64,000 nucleotides of DNA from a bacterium (GCA_021463485.1 JAJTYJ010000002.1:32673-96672); one strand, 5' to 3'; shown: positions 9,661 to 20,040, counted from the stretch's first letter. Notes: generated by a model not told the origin, from the sequence alone. Made by a program: numbers and translations.

Positions 9661-10239
9661 ATGGATTCACAGGCTCTGATTAATAAACTTAACTCTAAAC
9701 AAATTAAAAATAACGTCGCCGACGTTCGTGTTGGCGATACCGTTCGCGTTCACTATAAAATCCGCGAGGGTAACAAAGAACGCGTCCAGATTTTTGAAGG
9801 CCTGGTAATCGGCACTAAAAGCGGCACATCCTTACAGGGAAGTTTTGTCGTTCGTAAGGTTGTAACTGGTGTTGGCGTAGAACGAACGTTCCCGCTGCAC
9901 TCGCCGTGGATTATCAAAATCGAACGCACGAAAACCGGTAAAGTTCGCCGTGCAAAACTCGGTTTTGTCCGACGCTACGCGATGAGTAGCCGCTTTAAAT
10001 TGAAAGATAAAGGCGTTGCCGGCACAGTTTGGGAAGAAGTAGCCAAGCAGCAAGAAGAGATCGCTGAGGCAGCCGAAGAAACCCCACAAGCCGAAGAAGT
10101 TGCAGAAGCGCCCGTGAGCGAAGAGAATGCGGTTGATGAGCAACCACAACAAGACGCTGGGGAGTCGGGGGGAGACACTAGCGAGCCAGTTTCTTCAGAA
10201 GAAGAAGCTGACGATACTGAGTCGAAACCTTCAAACTAA
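9661..10239 (+). CDS. rplS: 50S ribosomal protein L19 with acidic C-terminal extension
   Basis: GDTVRVHYKIREGNKERVQIFEG, GVGVERTFPLHSP, GKVRRAKL. Confidence 0.96.
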   Translation: MDSQALINKLNSKQIKNNVADVRVGDTVRVHYKIREGNKERVQIFEGLVIGTKSGTSLQGSFVVRKVVTGVGVERTFPLHSPWIIKIERTKTGKVRRAKLGFVRRYAMSSRFKLKDKGVAGTVWEEVAKQQEEIAEAAEETPQAEEVAEAPVSEENAVDEQPQQDAGESGGDTSEPVSSEEEADDTESKPSN

Positions 10240-10501
10240 ATTCGGCGAGATCGATATTCTAGCTAAAGATCGAGACACGCTCGTTTTGGTTGAAGTAAAG
10301 ACGAAAACTGGCGATCGATTCGGCTCGGCGATCGAGATGATTACTCCAGTTAAACAGCGTAAACTCGTGCTACTTGCTTGTGAACTTCAGATGAAATATC
10401 AGAGCGAATCTGTCAGAATTGACGTTATAACGGTGGACAACGCTAATACTATGCCTCAACTCAAACATTACCCAGGAGTAATCGAATACCATGCCAGATA
10501 A
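10136..10501 (+). CDS. yraN: YraN family (UPF0102) PD-(D/E)xK nuclease-like protein
   Basis: LGSRGE..A..FL, GEIDILA, LVEVKT, RIDVI. Confidence 0.9.
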   Translation: MSNHNKTLGSRGETLASQFLQKKKLTILSRNLQTKFGEIDILAKDRDTLVLVEVKTKTGDRFGSAIEMITPVKQRKLVLLACELQMKYQSESVRIDVITVDNANTMPQLKHYPGVIEYHAR

Positions 10502-11960
10502 TATCCGCGTCCGTATCGCGCCGTCACCGACCGGTAAATTTCATCTTGGCACCGCCAGGACGGCGTTGTTTAATTATTTGTTTGCCAAGCGAAATAACGG
10601 CTCGTTTATTCTTCGGATGGAAGATACCGATGCCGAGCGTTCGCAAGACCAGTTCGCCAAGGATATTATCGACGGTTTACTGTGGTTAGGCATCGGTTGG
10701 GACGAGGGCCCAGAAGTCGGCGGCGAGTTCGGTCCGTACTACCAGAAGGAACGACTCGATAAATACCAGGTTTATATCAATCAGCTCCTAGAGAGCGGTG
10801 CCGCTTATAAATGTTACTGCACGCCGGAAGAGCTCTCGGTTGAACGCGAAAAACAGCAAAAACAAGGGCTGGCGCCGAAGTATTCAGGTAAATGCCGCAA
10901 TCTTAGCGACGAACAACACCAACAGTACGAACGCGATGGTCGTACATTTGTTATTCGTTTTAAGGTCGATCCTCAAAAGGTTGTTATCGACGATCTAATC
11001 CGCGGCAAAGTGGAGTACGACGCTGGCCTCATGGGAGATTTTGTGATCGTTCGTACGGACGGTATGCCGTTATTCGTTTTTACTAATACAATTGACGATT
11101 ACTTAATGAAAATCAGCCACGTTCTACGCGGCGAAGAGCACTTACCAAACGCTGCGAAACAGATACTCCTAGCAGAAGCGCTCAACTTTATGAACCCGCA
11201 ATTCGGGCATCTGCCGCTAATTCTCAACGCCGATCGATCAAAAATGAGTAAGCGCAAAAATCCGGTCTCAGTTACTGATGATTACCGCGCGAAAGGATAC
11301 TTACCTGAGGCGCTGATTAACTTTTTGGTTCTACTTGGCTGGTCAAGCGGTACCGATCAAGAGATTTTCTCGATGCAAGAGTTAATCCAAGAATTTCAGA
11401 TCGACCGCGTCGGTAAAAGTCCGTCGATATTTGATCCGGAGAAACTACTTTGGATGAACGGCTATTATATTCGTAACTCGGATCTCGGCAAAATCGCGCA
11501 CTTAACGCAAGAATTTATTACCGACAAAGAATTACAAAAAGAAATAGAAAGTGACGTGCAGCGCTATTTACAAGTGATCGCCTTAGTTCAGGATCGGTTA
11601 AAAACGCTGGCAGATGTGGAATCGCTCATTACTTTTTTCTACCGTAAGCCAGAGTACCCGGCTTCGCTACTAATCGCTCGTAAGTCCGATAAGCAGCGAA
11701 CGGAGAAGGCGCTAACTGTTGCCGAGCGAACACTACGAGAGATCGATCAGTACTCAGTTGATGTAACAGAAGTCTCGCTTCGGAAAGCAGCGCAAGCCGC
11801 CGAGTTGAAAGACGGCGAGCTACTGTGGTCGGTTCGAGTGGCGTTAAGCGGGAGCGAGGCATCGCCAGGAGTTTTTGAGTTGTTGGAGATATTTGGTAAA
11901 GATGAATCGCTGCAACGAATCGAGACAGCCTTAAAAAAAATTAAATCGCTGCGCGAGTAG
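10491..11960 (+). CDS. gltX: glutamate--tRNA ligase
   Basis: RIAPSPTG..HLGT, LRMEDTD, RGEEH, KMSKR. Confidence 0.97.
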   Translation: MPDNIRVRIAPSPTGKFHLGTARTALFNYLFAKRNNGSFILRMEDTDAERSQDQFAKDIIDGLLWLGIGWDEGPEVGGEFGPYYQKERLDKYQVYINQLLESGAAYKCYCTPEELSVEREKQQKQGLAPKYSGKCRNLSDEQHQQYERDGRTFVIRFKVDPQKVVIDDLIRGKVEYDAGLMGDFVIVRTDGMPLFVFTNTIDDYLMKISHVLRGEEHLPNAAKQILLAEALNFMNPQFGHLPLILNADRSKMSKRKNPVSVTDDYRAKGYLPEALINFLVLLGWSSGTDQEIFSMQELIQEFQIDRVGKSPSIFDPEKLLWMNGYYIRNSDLGKIAHLTQEFITDKELQKEIESDVQRYLQVIALVQDRLKTLADVESLITFFYRKPEYPASLLIARKSDKQRTEKALTVAERTLREIDQYSVDVTEVSLRKAAQAAELKDGELLWSVRVALSGSEASPGVFELLEIFGKDESLQRIETALKKIKSLRE

Positions 11961-11998
11961 CTATTGTCTTCGGTGCTTTTTTGTTACGCTTTCTGTAA

Positions 11999-12508
11999 AT
12001 GGAAGAACAAACAAGTAACCAAACACCGAGTCCCGAACCAACACCAGCCCCAGCGCCGCAGCCCGCACCACAAGCGCCGGCTGGTACGACCCACACTGTT
12101 TCGAATCCAACGCACGGTATGAACGGCCCGATGCCCGACGAGCTTAAACGCTGGAGTTGGGCAGCCTTTCTTATGAACTGGTTGTGGGGGATCTCCCACA
12201 ACGTCTGGATCGCGCTACTTTGTTTCGTACCGTTTCTGAATATCGTTATGCCGTTCTATCTCGGTGTGAAAGGGAACGAATTAGCTTGGGAGCACCGCAA
12301 GTTTGAAAGCGTTGAGCAATTTAAAGAAGTACAGAGGAAGTGGATGTATTGGGGAATCGGAGTATTTGTGGCCAGTATCGTCTTTTTCATGATGATGTGG
12401 TCATTTATCTTCGCGTTTTTAGTTGGCAGCAGCCTTAACGGCGTTGATGGCGTCCCAAATTTCTACGAGGATAACACGTACGAGTACGATCCGTCACACT
12501 TTCAATAA
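11999..12508 (+). CDS. membrane protein with Pro-rich N-terminus (WxWxAF motif family)
   Basis: RWSWAAFLMNWLWGI, GNELAW..RKFES; 2-3 TMs. Confidence 0.7.
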   Translation: MEEQTSNQTPSPEPTPAPAPQPAPQAPAGTTHTVSNPTHGMNGPMPDELKRWSWAAFLMNWLWGISHNVWIALLCFVPFLNIVMPFYLGVKGNELAWEHRKFESVEQFKEVQRKWMYWGIGVFVASIVFFMMMWSFIFAFLVGSSLNGVDGVPNFYEDNTYEYDPSHFQ

Positions 12509-12516
12509 GCTAAACA

Positions 12517-13905
12517 ATGAACGACCAACTTCGAGAGTATATCGCTAAAGAGCGAGCACGCGGCGTTGATGACGAGCAGCTGCGGCAAGAGCTACTCTCA
12601 AAAGGGTGGGATCCGATCGCTGTCCATCGATTAGTAGCTGGGGAGGCGTCGGTAAAAACAGAGAGTCAGCTTCATCTCAGCGGTACAAACGTCCTACTTA
12701 TCACTGGATTAAGTCTCATTTTTATCGCAGCGGTTACATTCATCGGCTACAGCTGGCCGCAACTTTCACCGCTTAGTCGATTTTTACTAATTGCGATCCC
12801 GAACTTCTTTTTATTTGCGATCGGTAGTTTCCTGGCTAAAGGCGACGAGCTAAAGACAGTTAAGGAGACAACGCACATGGCCGCGCACCTTATGCTGCCA
12901 ATTACCGCCGGCGTGTTTCTGTATCAGTTTGGTTACTACGAGAAAGCAGACGCGTTGCTTATGGCCTACAGCGTATTACTGGCCCTACCGCTTAGCTTGT
13001 ACGCGGCGCTAGTTAAACAGCGCAGTTACGGCGCGTTGCTTGTTACGCTTAATTTAATTGCGCTCGCTATCTTTTTACTAACAGATCAAGATTTGAACGG
13101 TTGGAGAAGCTCGCTGATCCTAACAGTGGTATCGCTCTTGGGCTTAATTACTGCCTGGGTTTACAAAAAACGAGGCCAGGAAGAGTCGATCCCAGCTTTG
13201 GTCTCGGCCGGAACGATACTTTATATCATTAGTTTCTCCTCGCTTGTCAGTGACGTAACGAGACAAGTTACAAGCGACAGAACAGCAATTATCGGTTTTG
13301 CAGCTATCATCACAGGAGTAGGACTTCTTAAAACCGCTGCGTTGTTTGGCCATCTCTTTAAACCATGGACAAGACTCGAGTTTTTCCATCAACGACTACT
13401 AATTGCAGCGGCTATGCTTATTACGTTTATTACACTAATCGGTGCCGAAGGCGGTGAGACGATCTTAACCGTAATCTCGGTCGTTTTCTCAGCAATAGTG
13501 GTAATTATTGGCATGGAAACCAGAGTAAAATTTATGACCGTGCTTGGTTTGGTCGGCGGCAGTATTAGTTTGCTCAGCTTGCTGTTTAGCAATATCGATC
13601 GGGTGATGGTGGTGGTGTTGATGTTTATCGTCGGCTTTGCAGCGATACTATTAAGTATTTTCCTCGCGAAACGAGGCAGCGTCTCAACTATCGAAGCGGC
13701 ACCGACTTGGAACGTCGGGTTTATTGACGACAAAACCGCGGCGACGTTAACGGTTAAAACCGGTGAGGCACCGACGTTCTTCACAGTTCTCGTAAGGATT
13801 TTGTTGGCGTTCCTGCTTTACGCCTTAATTCAGTTTATTTTTATGAACTCCGTTCGATACGACGAAACGCCGGTGCCGTACGGTGACACAGCTGAATTGA
13901 TCTAG
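12517..13905 (+). CDS. DUF2157-like polytopic membrane protein
   Basis: Short helical N-domain (YIAKERARG...LLSKGW), then many TMs; FIGYSWPQLSPLSRF. Confidence 0.7.
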   Translation: MNDQLREYIAKERARGVDDEQLRQELLSKGWDPIAVHRLVAGEASVKTESQLHLSGTNVLLITGLSLIFIAAVTFIGYSWPQLSPLSRFLLIAIPNFFLFAIGSFLAKGDELKTVKETTHMAAHLMLPITAGVFLYQFGYYEKADALLMAYSVLLALPLSLYAALVKQRSYGALLVTLNLIALAIFLLTDQDLNGWRSSLILTVVSLLGLITAWVYKKRGQEESIPALVSAGTILYIISFSSLVSDVTRQVTSDRTAIIGFAAIITGVGLLKTAALFGHLFKPWTRLEFFHQRLLIAAAMLITFITLIGAEGGETILTVISVVFSAIVVIIGMETRVKFMTVLGLVGGSISLLSLLFSNIDRVMVVVLMFIVGFAAILLSIFLAKRGSVSTIEAAPTWNVGFIDDKTAATLTVKTGEAPTFFTVLVRILLAFLLYALIQFIFMNSVRYDETPVPYGDTAELI

Positions 13906-13965
13906 CCGCCTCTCGAACACTTGCCCCAATTCTGATAAACTCTTCAGAGTATTCTTCATATACAT

Positions 13966-14036
13966 TCCCGAGTCGTCTAGTGGTAGGACGCTAGATTCTG
14001 GCTCTAGTAACCGGGGTTCGAATCCCTGCTCGGGAG
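13966..14036 (+). tRNA. tRNA-Gln(CTG)
   Basis: Acceptor TCCCGAG/CTCGGGA, anticodon arm CTAGA-TTCTGGC-TCTAG, T-loop GTTCGAATC. CCA not encoded. Confidence 0.96.
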
Positions 14037-14069
14037 CACAGCGTGAAACGAGTGTGTTAGTATGGACGT

Positions 14070-14360
14070 ATGCTTTTAAGCCTGCATATTTTCGGCGCGG
14101 TTTGCACGGGAATCCTAGCCCTACTCTCAATTGTTGCTATACGCAGCCGATCTAAATATCTTTCGGGGCTCCGGTTGGGGATTATAGCAATTGGGCTGGT
14201 TCAAGTAATTAGCGGAACGTTTCTAGTAATCGGTTCGCCAGAAGTCTCAGTTGCTCGAATCTGTTTGGCATCGATGCTGTATTTGGGTGTACTAATCGGG
14301 GTTGAGGCAGCGTTACGAAAAGCGATAAAGGCCGAAGCTACGACGTTAATACGTAAGTAG
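14070..14360 (+). CDS. small three-TM membrane protein
   Basis: Hydrophobic 96-aa ORF; TG-T-TAGTAT box 6 nt before the ATG. Confidence 0.65.
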   Translation: MLLSLHIFGAVCTGILALLSIVAIRSRSKYLSGLRLGIIAIGLVQVISGTFLVIGSPEVSVARICLASMLYLGVLIGVEAALRKAIKAEATTLIRK

Positions 14361-14793
14361 CGATCCCGTAGGCGACCGCAACGTTCATCGACTGGCCTAC
14401 CCCCTGCATAGGTATCTCCATTATCTGATCTACTTGCTCAAGAATTTTAGCACTAGTGCCGCTGCGCTCGTGGCCAACGATTATTGCTAACGGCCTATTT
14501 TTAACTGGTTCGACTCGTTGGCTTCCGGCAGTACGCTCGAGCGCAACTATGTAATAGCCATGTTTCTTAAGTTGTTTAACGGTTTGTAACGCACTTTTCT
14601 TATACTCCCATTTGACTGCATTTAACGCGGCAAGCGCAGTTTTGGCTAATCTCGGGTGCTCGGGCGTACCGGTAATCCCGCACAAGTAAAGTTTCTGAAC
14701 ACCTAAGGCGTCGCTTGTTCGAAAGATGCTGCCGACGTTGTAGAGCGAACGAACGTTATCTAGGACGGCGACGATAGGCTCGGCTTGCTTCAT
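14338..14793 (-). CDS. TrmH/SpoU family RNA methyltransferase
   Basis: VLDNVRSLYNVGSIFRT, GHERSG, IPMQG..QSMNVAVA. Probable start MKQAEP at 14793. Confidence 0.92.
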   Translation of the reverse strand: MKQAEPIVAVLDNVRSLYNVGSIFRTSDALGVQKLYLCGITGTPEHPRLAKTALAALNAVKWEYKKSALQTVKQLKKHGYYIVALERTAGSQRVEPVKNRPLAIIVGHERSGTSAKILEQVDQIMEIPMQGVGQSMNVAVAYGIATYVLTS

Positions 14794-14866
14794 TGAGATA
14801 TCTAACCTCAGCAGACCCTGGAAAACAAGCAACGCTCTGTTATGCTGCAAATTATCACGGTGAATT

Positions 14867-15601
14867 ATGGATAAAAGAGTAGTAATAGTGATCGGTGGGA
14901 GTAAGGGAATCGGCCGCGCCACAGCGGAACTTTTCCATAAACAAGGCGACCAAGTAATGGTGGCTGCTCGAGATACTGCGAAGCTCGCAGAGCTTGAGCG
15001 TGAGCTGCCAGGGCTGGTCAGCTTTGCTGGTGATATGACGGCTTCAAAGAACCTTGAGTCTCTCTTCGACAAGACCGTGAAACGGTTTGGTAAGATCGAC
15101 GTGGTCGTACTATCGGCGGCGCCGTTTATGTCTAAGCCGTTGTGTGAAGTCAGCGACGACGAGTGGCAACAGAGTCTCAAGTACGTCGATATGATTTTTC
15201 GGGTCAACCGCGCTGCTGCTCGACAGATGTCGAAGCAAGCTCGCGGCGGCACAGTTGTAAACATCAGCTCGCGTGCGGGTCTGCGCGAGGACGTTCTGCC
15301 AAATAGTAGCGTCTACGCCTTAATTAAAGGCGGCATGACGCACTTGGTGATGGCAGCTAATCAGGAGATGCGAAACGTGCAATTCATCTCGCTTTGCCCG
15401 GGTTTGGTTGGTGATACTGAGATGGGGCAGCGCGCGGTCGCTGAGCGACCAGGCATCGACAACGGCGAGAGCTTGTCGGCTGCAGAAGTAGCACAAACGA
15501 TCAGCGCTCTCGTTGAGGGCGCCGGTCCGAAGACTCCGCACGTCTATCGGCTCACTAGAGAGTTGGGGCTTGAGGCGATCGAGTCGCCAGCGCAAGATTG
15601 A
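14867..15601 (+). CDS. SDR family oxidoreductase
   Basis: GGSKGIG, NISS, YALIK (YxxxK), CPG. Confidence 0.92.
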   Translation: MDKRVVIVIGGSKGIGRATAELFHKQGDQVMVAARDTAKLAELERELPGLVSFAGDMTASKNLESLFDKTVKRFGKIDVVVLSAAPFMSKPLCEVSDDEWQQSLKYVDMIFRVNRAAARQMSKQARGGTVVNISSRAGLREDVLPNSSVYALIKGGMTHLVMAANQEMRNVQFISLCPGLVGDTEMGQRAVAERPGIDNGESLSAAEVAQTISALVEGAGPKTPHVYRLTRELGLEAIESPAQD

Positions 15602-15605
15602 ATCC

Positions 15606-15627
15606 GCGGCCGGCAACGGCCGCTTTT
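15606..15627 (+). terminator. intrinsic terminator of the SDR gene
   Basis: GCGGCCG-GCAA-CGGCCGC-TTTT. Confidence 0.8.
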
Positions 15628-15631
15628 CTGT

Positions 15632-15654
15632 AAAAATCCCGCCGGTTGGCGGGA
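15632..15654 (-). terminator. intrinsic terminator of the M48-CHAP gene
   Basis: Minus strand TCCCGCC-AACC-GGCGGGA-TTTTT. Confidence 0.75.
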
Positions 15655-15660
15655 GTGTAG

Positions 15661-17265
15661 TCAGAGCAACAGCTCGACCTGCTTGATCTCACAGTCGTCA
15701 TAACCCTCACCGATCGAAGGGATAAGCGTCTCGATATCGAGCAGATTGTGCGTTCGAAGTAAACCCGGCGGTATATTTAGAACATACGTCTGCCAGTCGC
15801 TGGTTTTGGCGACGATGCGTCCGATCTCAACCCGGTTAATGGAGAAAATCGGATCTTTCGCGGGTAGAGCGCGAACTTTCAGCCGTAGCTTTGCGTTCGT
15901 TGAGCGCTCGAGTTCCCTTAGCGTTAGATTGAAGGGTTTTAGCCGGATCATCTCCATACCCTGCTCGTCGCCAAGCGTAAACGGTGGCTCAATCAGCATG
16001 ATCGACGCTCTTGGTTCGGCATCTTCATGACCAGGATACCCGACGGGCGCATCCGACTGATCGTTTTGCCAGTAGATGTAGCCCTTGATCCCTTTCGTCG
16101 AGCAGATCCGGTGCCGAACACGACCGTTAGTGGTGTTGCTATCTCTGGCCTCTGAGCCCCAATTGCTGTCCCAAACGCGAATGGTGTTATTTGAGAGGGA
16201 TTCGATCACCAGCGCAACGTGACCAGCACCGCCGCCGACGCTCTCGTCCCAGACTGCGATCGCGCCTGGTTTCGGCGTTGCACCAACGGCGTAGCCGTTC
16301 TCTCGACAACGATCCAACCACGTGAACGCGTTATTACCGCCGCGTGGGTTGAGCGGGATTGTGTCTCGGCGTAGCGCGTACACGAGCCAAGTACATTCGC
16401 CTCTGTATCGGTTCGAAAAGTAGTTCGGCAGGTTGTAGACCGGCCAACCGGTAGTGGCGGTGTAGGCTATTTGCCAGGCCGGGTCATCGTTAGCAAATTC
16501 AGCGATAATTTGGTTCTCGGCCGCTTGGGCTCGCCCAACAAACGCAAAATCCCATCCGCTATTTGCTTCGATTAGCCAATTTTTTAAATGTGCGGCCCTT
16601 GTAGCAACCGGCGGGTGAGTTGCAAATAGCTGTTCCAGTAGATCGGGAGTTTTGGTTTGCAGCGTCTCAAACCGGCGAAACAGTGCGATCGCCGCCGACG
16701 GTTTGATCGAACTCTTTTGTAATATCGCCCAGGCGTCTCGATCGGCCTGTAGTTCGTCTTCTCTCGACTTGGCGCTAGTGAGCGCTTGCCAAATTAGAGA
16801 AGTAATCTTTGCCTGATCTTTAGTTAACAGTGGCGCGACAATGTTAGCCAAAACAGCTTTACGAGCGAGCTCGTTTGCGTGTCCTCGGGCGCTATGACCA
16901 AGTTCGTGTGCTAGTGCTGTTGCCACTTCGTGACGGTTGGTACCGGTCATACCGCATAATCCGGTTGTGACGTAGACGTCGCCACCCGGGATGGTGTAAG
17001 CGTTTATCTCGTTAGACACAATCACCGTTACCCTTGGTTGCCGCTGTAATTTCGGTAGGGTTGTGACTTTTGAGCTGGCTGTTACCAGCTCGGCAAAGAG
17101 CTGCTCCACAGCCGCAACTAGTTGAGCGTCAACGGTCTTAGAGAATCGCTCTTCCATCAGTTGGATCGAATACTTCTCTATAAGCTTATCGAGATCGTCC
17201 GCCTTCGCCGTTGCTGCAAACGATACAGAGAGTAGAACAACGATAATCCTTAGAACGAATTTCAT
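15661..17265 (-). CDS. secreted M48 metallopeptidase - CHAP amidase fusion with C-terminal beta-rich domain
   Basis: Signal peptide. M48 motifs NAYTIPGG, HELGH, SREDELQAD, THP. CHAP motifs GECTW, PGAIAVW, GHVA, DSNW. Confidence 0.82.
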   Translation of the reverse strand: MKFVLRIIVVLLSVSFAATAKADDLDKLIEKYSIQLMEERFSKTVDAQLVAAVEQLFAELVTASSKVTTLPKLQRQPRVTVIVSNEINAYTIPGGDVYVTTGLCGMTGTNRHEVATALAHELGHSARGHANELARKAVLANIVAPLLTKDQAKITSLIWQALTSAKSREDELQADRDAWAILQKSSIKPSAAIALFRRFETLQTKTPDLLEQLFATHPPVATRAAHLKNWLIEANSGWDFAFVGRAQAAENQIIAEFANDDPAWQIAYTATTGWPVYNLPNYFSNRYRGECTWLVYALRRDTIPLNPRGGNNAFTWLDRCRENGYAVGATPKPGAIAVWDESVGGGAGHVALVIESLSNNTIRVWDSNWGSEARDSNTTNGRVRHRICSTKGIKGYIYWQNDQSDAPVGYPGHEDAEPRASIMLIEPPFTLGDEQGMEMIRLKPFNLTLRELERSTNAKLRLKVRALPAKDPIFSINRVEIGRIVAKTSDWQTYVLNIPPGLLRTHNLLDIETLIPSIGEGYDDCEIKQVELLL

Positions 17266-17328
17266 ATCTCACCGTTTTGTTAGGGTGCGTTACTGCTAGT
17301 TTAGCAGCGGGTGCGGTATGCTGGAATT

Positions 17329-20040
17329 ATGACGAGTCGTTTTTGGTCTGTACCTAGCGAGCGATTACTGCACGAATTAGAAACAGATGTTAATCGGGGG
17401 CTACTTTCTACTGAGGCAAGGCGTCGTCTCTACCGTCACGGACCGAACGAGCTTACGGGTAAAGAGGGTCCGAGCGCTTTTGAGATTTACTTCCGGCAGT
17501 TTAAGAGTCCGTTGCTTTATATCCTACTATTTGCTGCTGCTTTCTCTGCCTGGGAGCGCGAGTGGAGCGAGGTTGTAGTAATTCTCTCGGTCGTCGTCCT
17601 CAACTCACTCATTGGCTTTTTCCAGGAGCGCAAGGCGGAGCAGACGATGTCTAAGCTCAGACAGATACTCTCGCCAAAGGCTAGGGTATTGCGAAGTGGG
17701 ATCGAGCAGAAAATCGACGCCGCCGAAGTCGTTGTTGGTGACCTATTGTTAGTGGAAGCCGGCGATCGAGTTGCCGCTGACGCCCGTATTATTGAAAGCC
17801 AGGGGCTTCGAGTTAACCAAGCGTCTTTAACTGGGGAATCAGTTCCGGCTCATAAAAAAGTTGGCGTAGTTGCAGCCGATGCGGCGCTCATCGACCGGAA
17901 GAATATGCTCTATATGTCGACGCTCGTTGTTACCGGTCAAGCCGTTGCGGTGGTAACTGGTACCGGCATGAAAACCGAGATCGGGTCGATCGCCAAAGAA
18001 GTTTCAGAAGTAGAAGAGCTGCCGGAGAACCTACAGCGACAGCTAACGATTCTTGGAAGATCGTTGTTGGGCGTCGCAGCGGTCGCAGCGATTATTAGCT
18101 ACACGATCGGAGCGATGTCCGGGATCAGCGCGTCGGATATGTTGAAGGTTGCGATCACCCTGATGGTTTCGATTATTCCCGAAGGGCTGCCGATCGCTAT
18201 CACCGTTACGCTTTCGATCGGTTTGTTACGGGTTTATAGGCGCGGCGCAATTATTCGGAAACTCTCCGCAACCGAGACGCTCGGCTCAACCACTGTTATT
18301 TGTGTCGATAAGACAGGGACTCTAACGGAAGGGAAGATGATGGTAGAGCGTCTGTACGTCGGGCTCCAAGACTACGAGGTAACGGGGGAAGGCTACCAAT
18401 TGAGCGGCTCGTTCCGTCTCGACAAAAAAACCGTTGATCCGCACAAGCAGAAAGCACTTAACGAGCTACTGGAGCTTTCTAGCTTAGCGACGATGTCGAC
18501 AATTACCGAGAAAGATCTTCGCGACGATCAAGCTCGCGAGCTGACCGATCCAACAGAAACAGCGTTAGCAGTGCTCGCTGCCAAGGCCGGTTACTACGCG
18601 TTTGCTCAAGAAAAGAAGTATCCGGAAGTGTTAGAGGTGCCGTTTAACCAAGATCTTCGGTATTCAACATCAGTTCACGATTACGGTAAGTTTCATCGTT
18701 ACATTGTGAAAGGCGCTCCGGAAAAGATCTTGTCGCTCTCGCAATCGTTTCTCAGTCAAGCCGGTGCCTCGAAACGATTATTGTCATCAACAAAAAGCGC
18801 GCTTGAGGATTACGCGCACGAGTTGGCGCGCAGCGGTTACCGCATTATCGCGTTAGCGTACGTTGACTATCCAAAATCGGTTCCAGTTGAGGAGAAACAG
18901 GTTAAAAATATCACCTTTGTCGGCTACATCGCGATGACCGACCCGATCCGACACGAAGCGGCGCCGTCGATCCAAAAGGCGATCGCTGCTGGCATGAAGG
19001 TAGTAATGATTACCGGCGATCACCTACTGACTGCAACTTCGATCGGACAAAAACTTGGCTTATTAGACGAAAAACGCAAAGCGATCCATGCCGACGAGTT
19101 TTTACATCACGATCGCGATCAAATCGGTGTTATCGCCCGCTCAACCCCAACGCAAAAACTTCAGATTGTTGAGCGGTTTCAGAAGAACGGCGACGTTGTG
19201 GCGATGACTGGCGACGGCGTCAACGACGCTCCTGCTTTGAAAAAGGCCGATATCGGGATTGCGATGGGTCGAGCCGGAACTGATGTGGCGATTGAAACTT
19301 CGGATATGGTTCTACTCAAAGATAACTTTAACTCGATCGTCGACGCGATCGAGCAGGGCCGGCTAATTTGGGAGAATACTAAAAAAGTTGTCTTTCTGCT
19401 GGTTTCTACCAGTATCGCGGACGCAACTTTGGTTGTCAGTGCTCTACTACTTGGTTTACCGTTGCCGTTATTGCCGGTGCAAATTTTATGGCTGAATTTA
19501 GTTACCGATGGGGTTAACTCGATGGCTCTGACAGTCGAGCCGGAGGAGCGTGACTTAATGCGGATGCGCCCCCGAAAGATGAGCGACAAGCTAATTACGC
19601 GCGCGACGCTCGGGCGAATGTTGCTACTGTCGCTGGTAATGGCAGTTGTGACGATCTCGCTATATCGATACTCGCTAACATTCGGCGAGGCGTACGCAAG
19701 AACGATGGCGTTAACTACGATGGTCTTCTTTCAATTGTTTAATGTGTTTAACAGCCGCTCAGCCACCCAATCGATTACGCAGATCCCGTTCTTTACTAAC
19801 CGACTCATACTTATTACCGTACCGATCTCGATCATCCTCCAGCTGGCTGCTCTGCGGATTCCATTTTTACAGCAGATGCTTGGCACGGTCGCACTGGATA
19901 CGAGCGGCATTATTGTTGCCTTTATGGCCGCCAGCAGCATTTTATTTGCCGACGAATTACGTAAATGGGTGCTCTGGTTACTACGTCGATGGGCGATATC
20001 GCAAATCGAGAGTAAAGAAGAGTATACTAGCGTCAAATGA
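17329..20040 (+). CDS. cation-transporting P-type ATPase (P2A-like)
   Basis: LTGES, PEGL, DKTGT, KGAPE, TGD, GDGVNDAPAL, NLVTDG. Confidence 0.96.
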   Translation: MTSRFWSVPSERLLHELETDVNRGLLSTEARRRLYRHGPNELTGKEGPSAFEIYFRQFKSPLLYILLFAAAFSAWEREWSEVVVILSVVVLNSLIGFFQERKAEQTMSKLRQILSPKARVLRSGIEQKIDAAEVVVGDLLLVEAGDRVAADARIIESQGLRVNQASLTGESVPAHKKVGVVAADAALIDRKNMLYMSTLVVTGQAVAVVTGTGMKTEIGSIAKEVSEVEELPENLQRQLTILGRSLLGVAAVAAIISYTIGAMSGISASDMLKVAITLMVSIIPEGLPIAITVTLSIGLLRVYRRGAIIRKLSATETLGSTTVICVDKTGTLTEGKMMVERLYVGLQDYEVTGEGYQLSGSFRLDKKTVDPHKQKALNELLELSSLATMSTITEKDLRDDQARELTDPTETALAVLAAKAGYYAFAQEKKYPEVLEVPFNQDLRYSTSVHDYGKFHRYIVKGAPEKILSLSQSFLSQAGASKRLLSSTKSALEDYAHELARSGYRIIALAYVDYPKSVPVEEKQVKNITFVGYIAMTDPIRHEAAPSIQKAIAAGMKVVMITGDHLLTATSIGQKLGLLDEKRKAIHADEFLHHDRDQIGVIARSTPTQKLQIVERFQKNGDVVAMTGDGVNDAPALKKADIGIAMGRAGTDVAIETSDMVLLKDNFNSIVDAIEQGRLIWENTKKVVFLLVSTSIADATLVVSALLLGLPLPLLPVQILWLNLVTDGVNSMALTVEPEERDLMRMRPRKMSDKLITRATLGRMLLLSLVMAVVTISLYRYSLTFGEAYARTMALTTMVFFQLFNVFNSRSATQSITQIPFFTNRLILITVPISIILQLAALRIPFLQQMLGTVALDTSGIIVAFMAASSILFADELRKWVLWLLRRWAISQIESKEEYTSVK

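Noticed and set aside
14794-15264. N-terminal extension of the 308-aa TrmH ORF
   Set aside because: Mostly antisense to the SDR gene; SpoU homology begins at ATG 14793.
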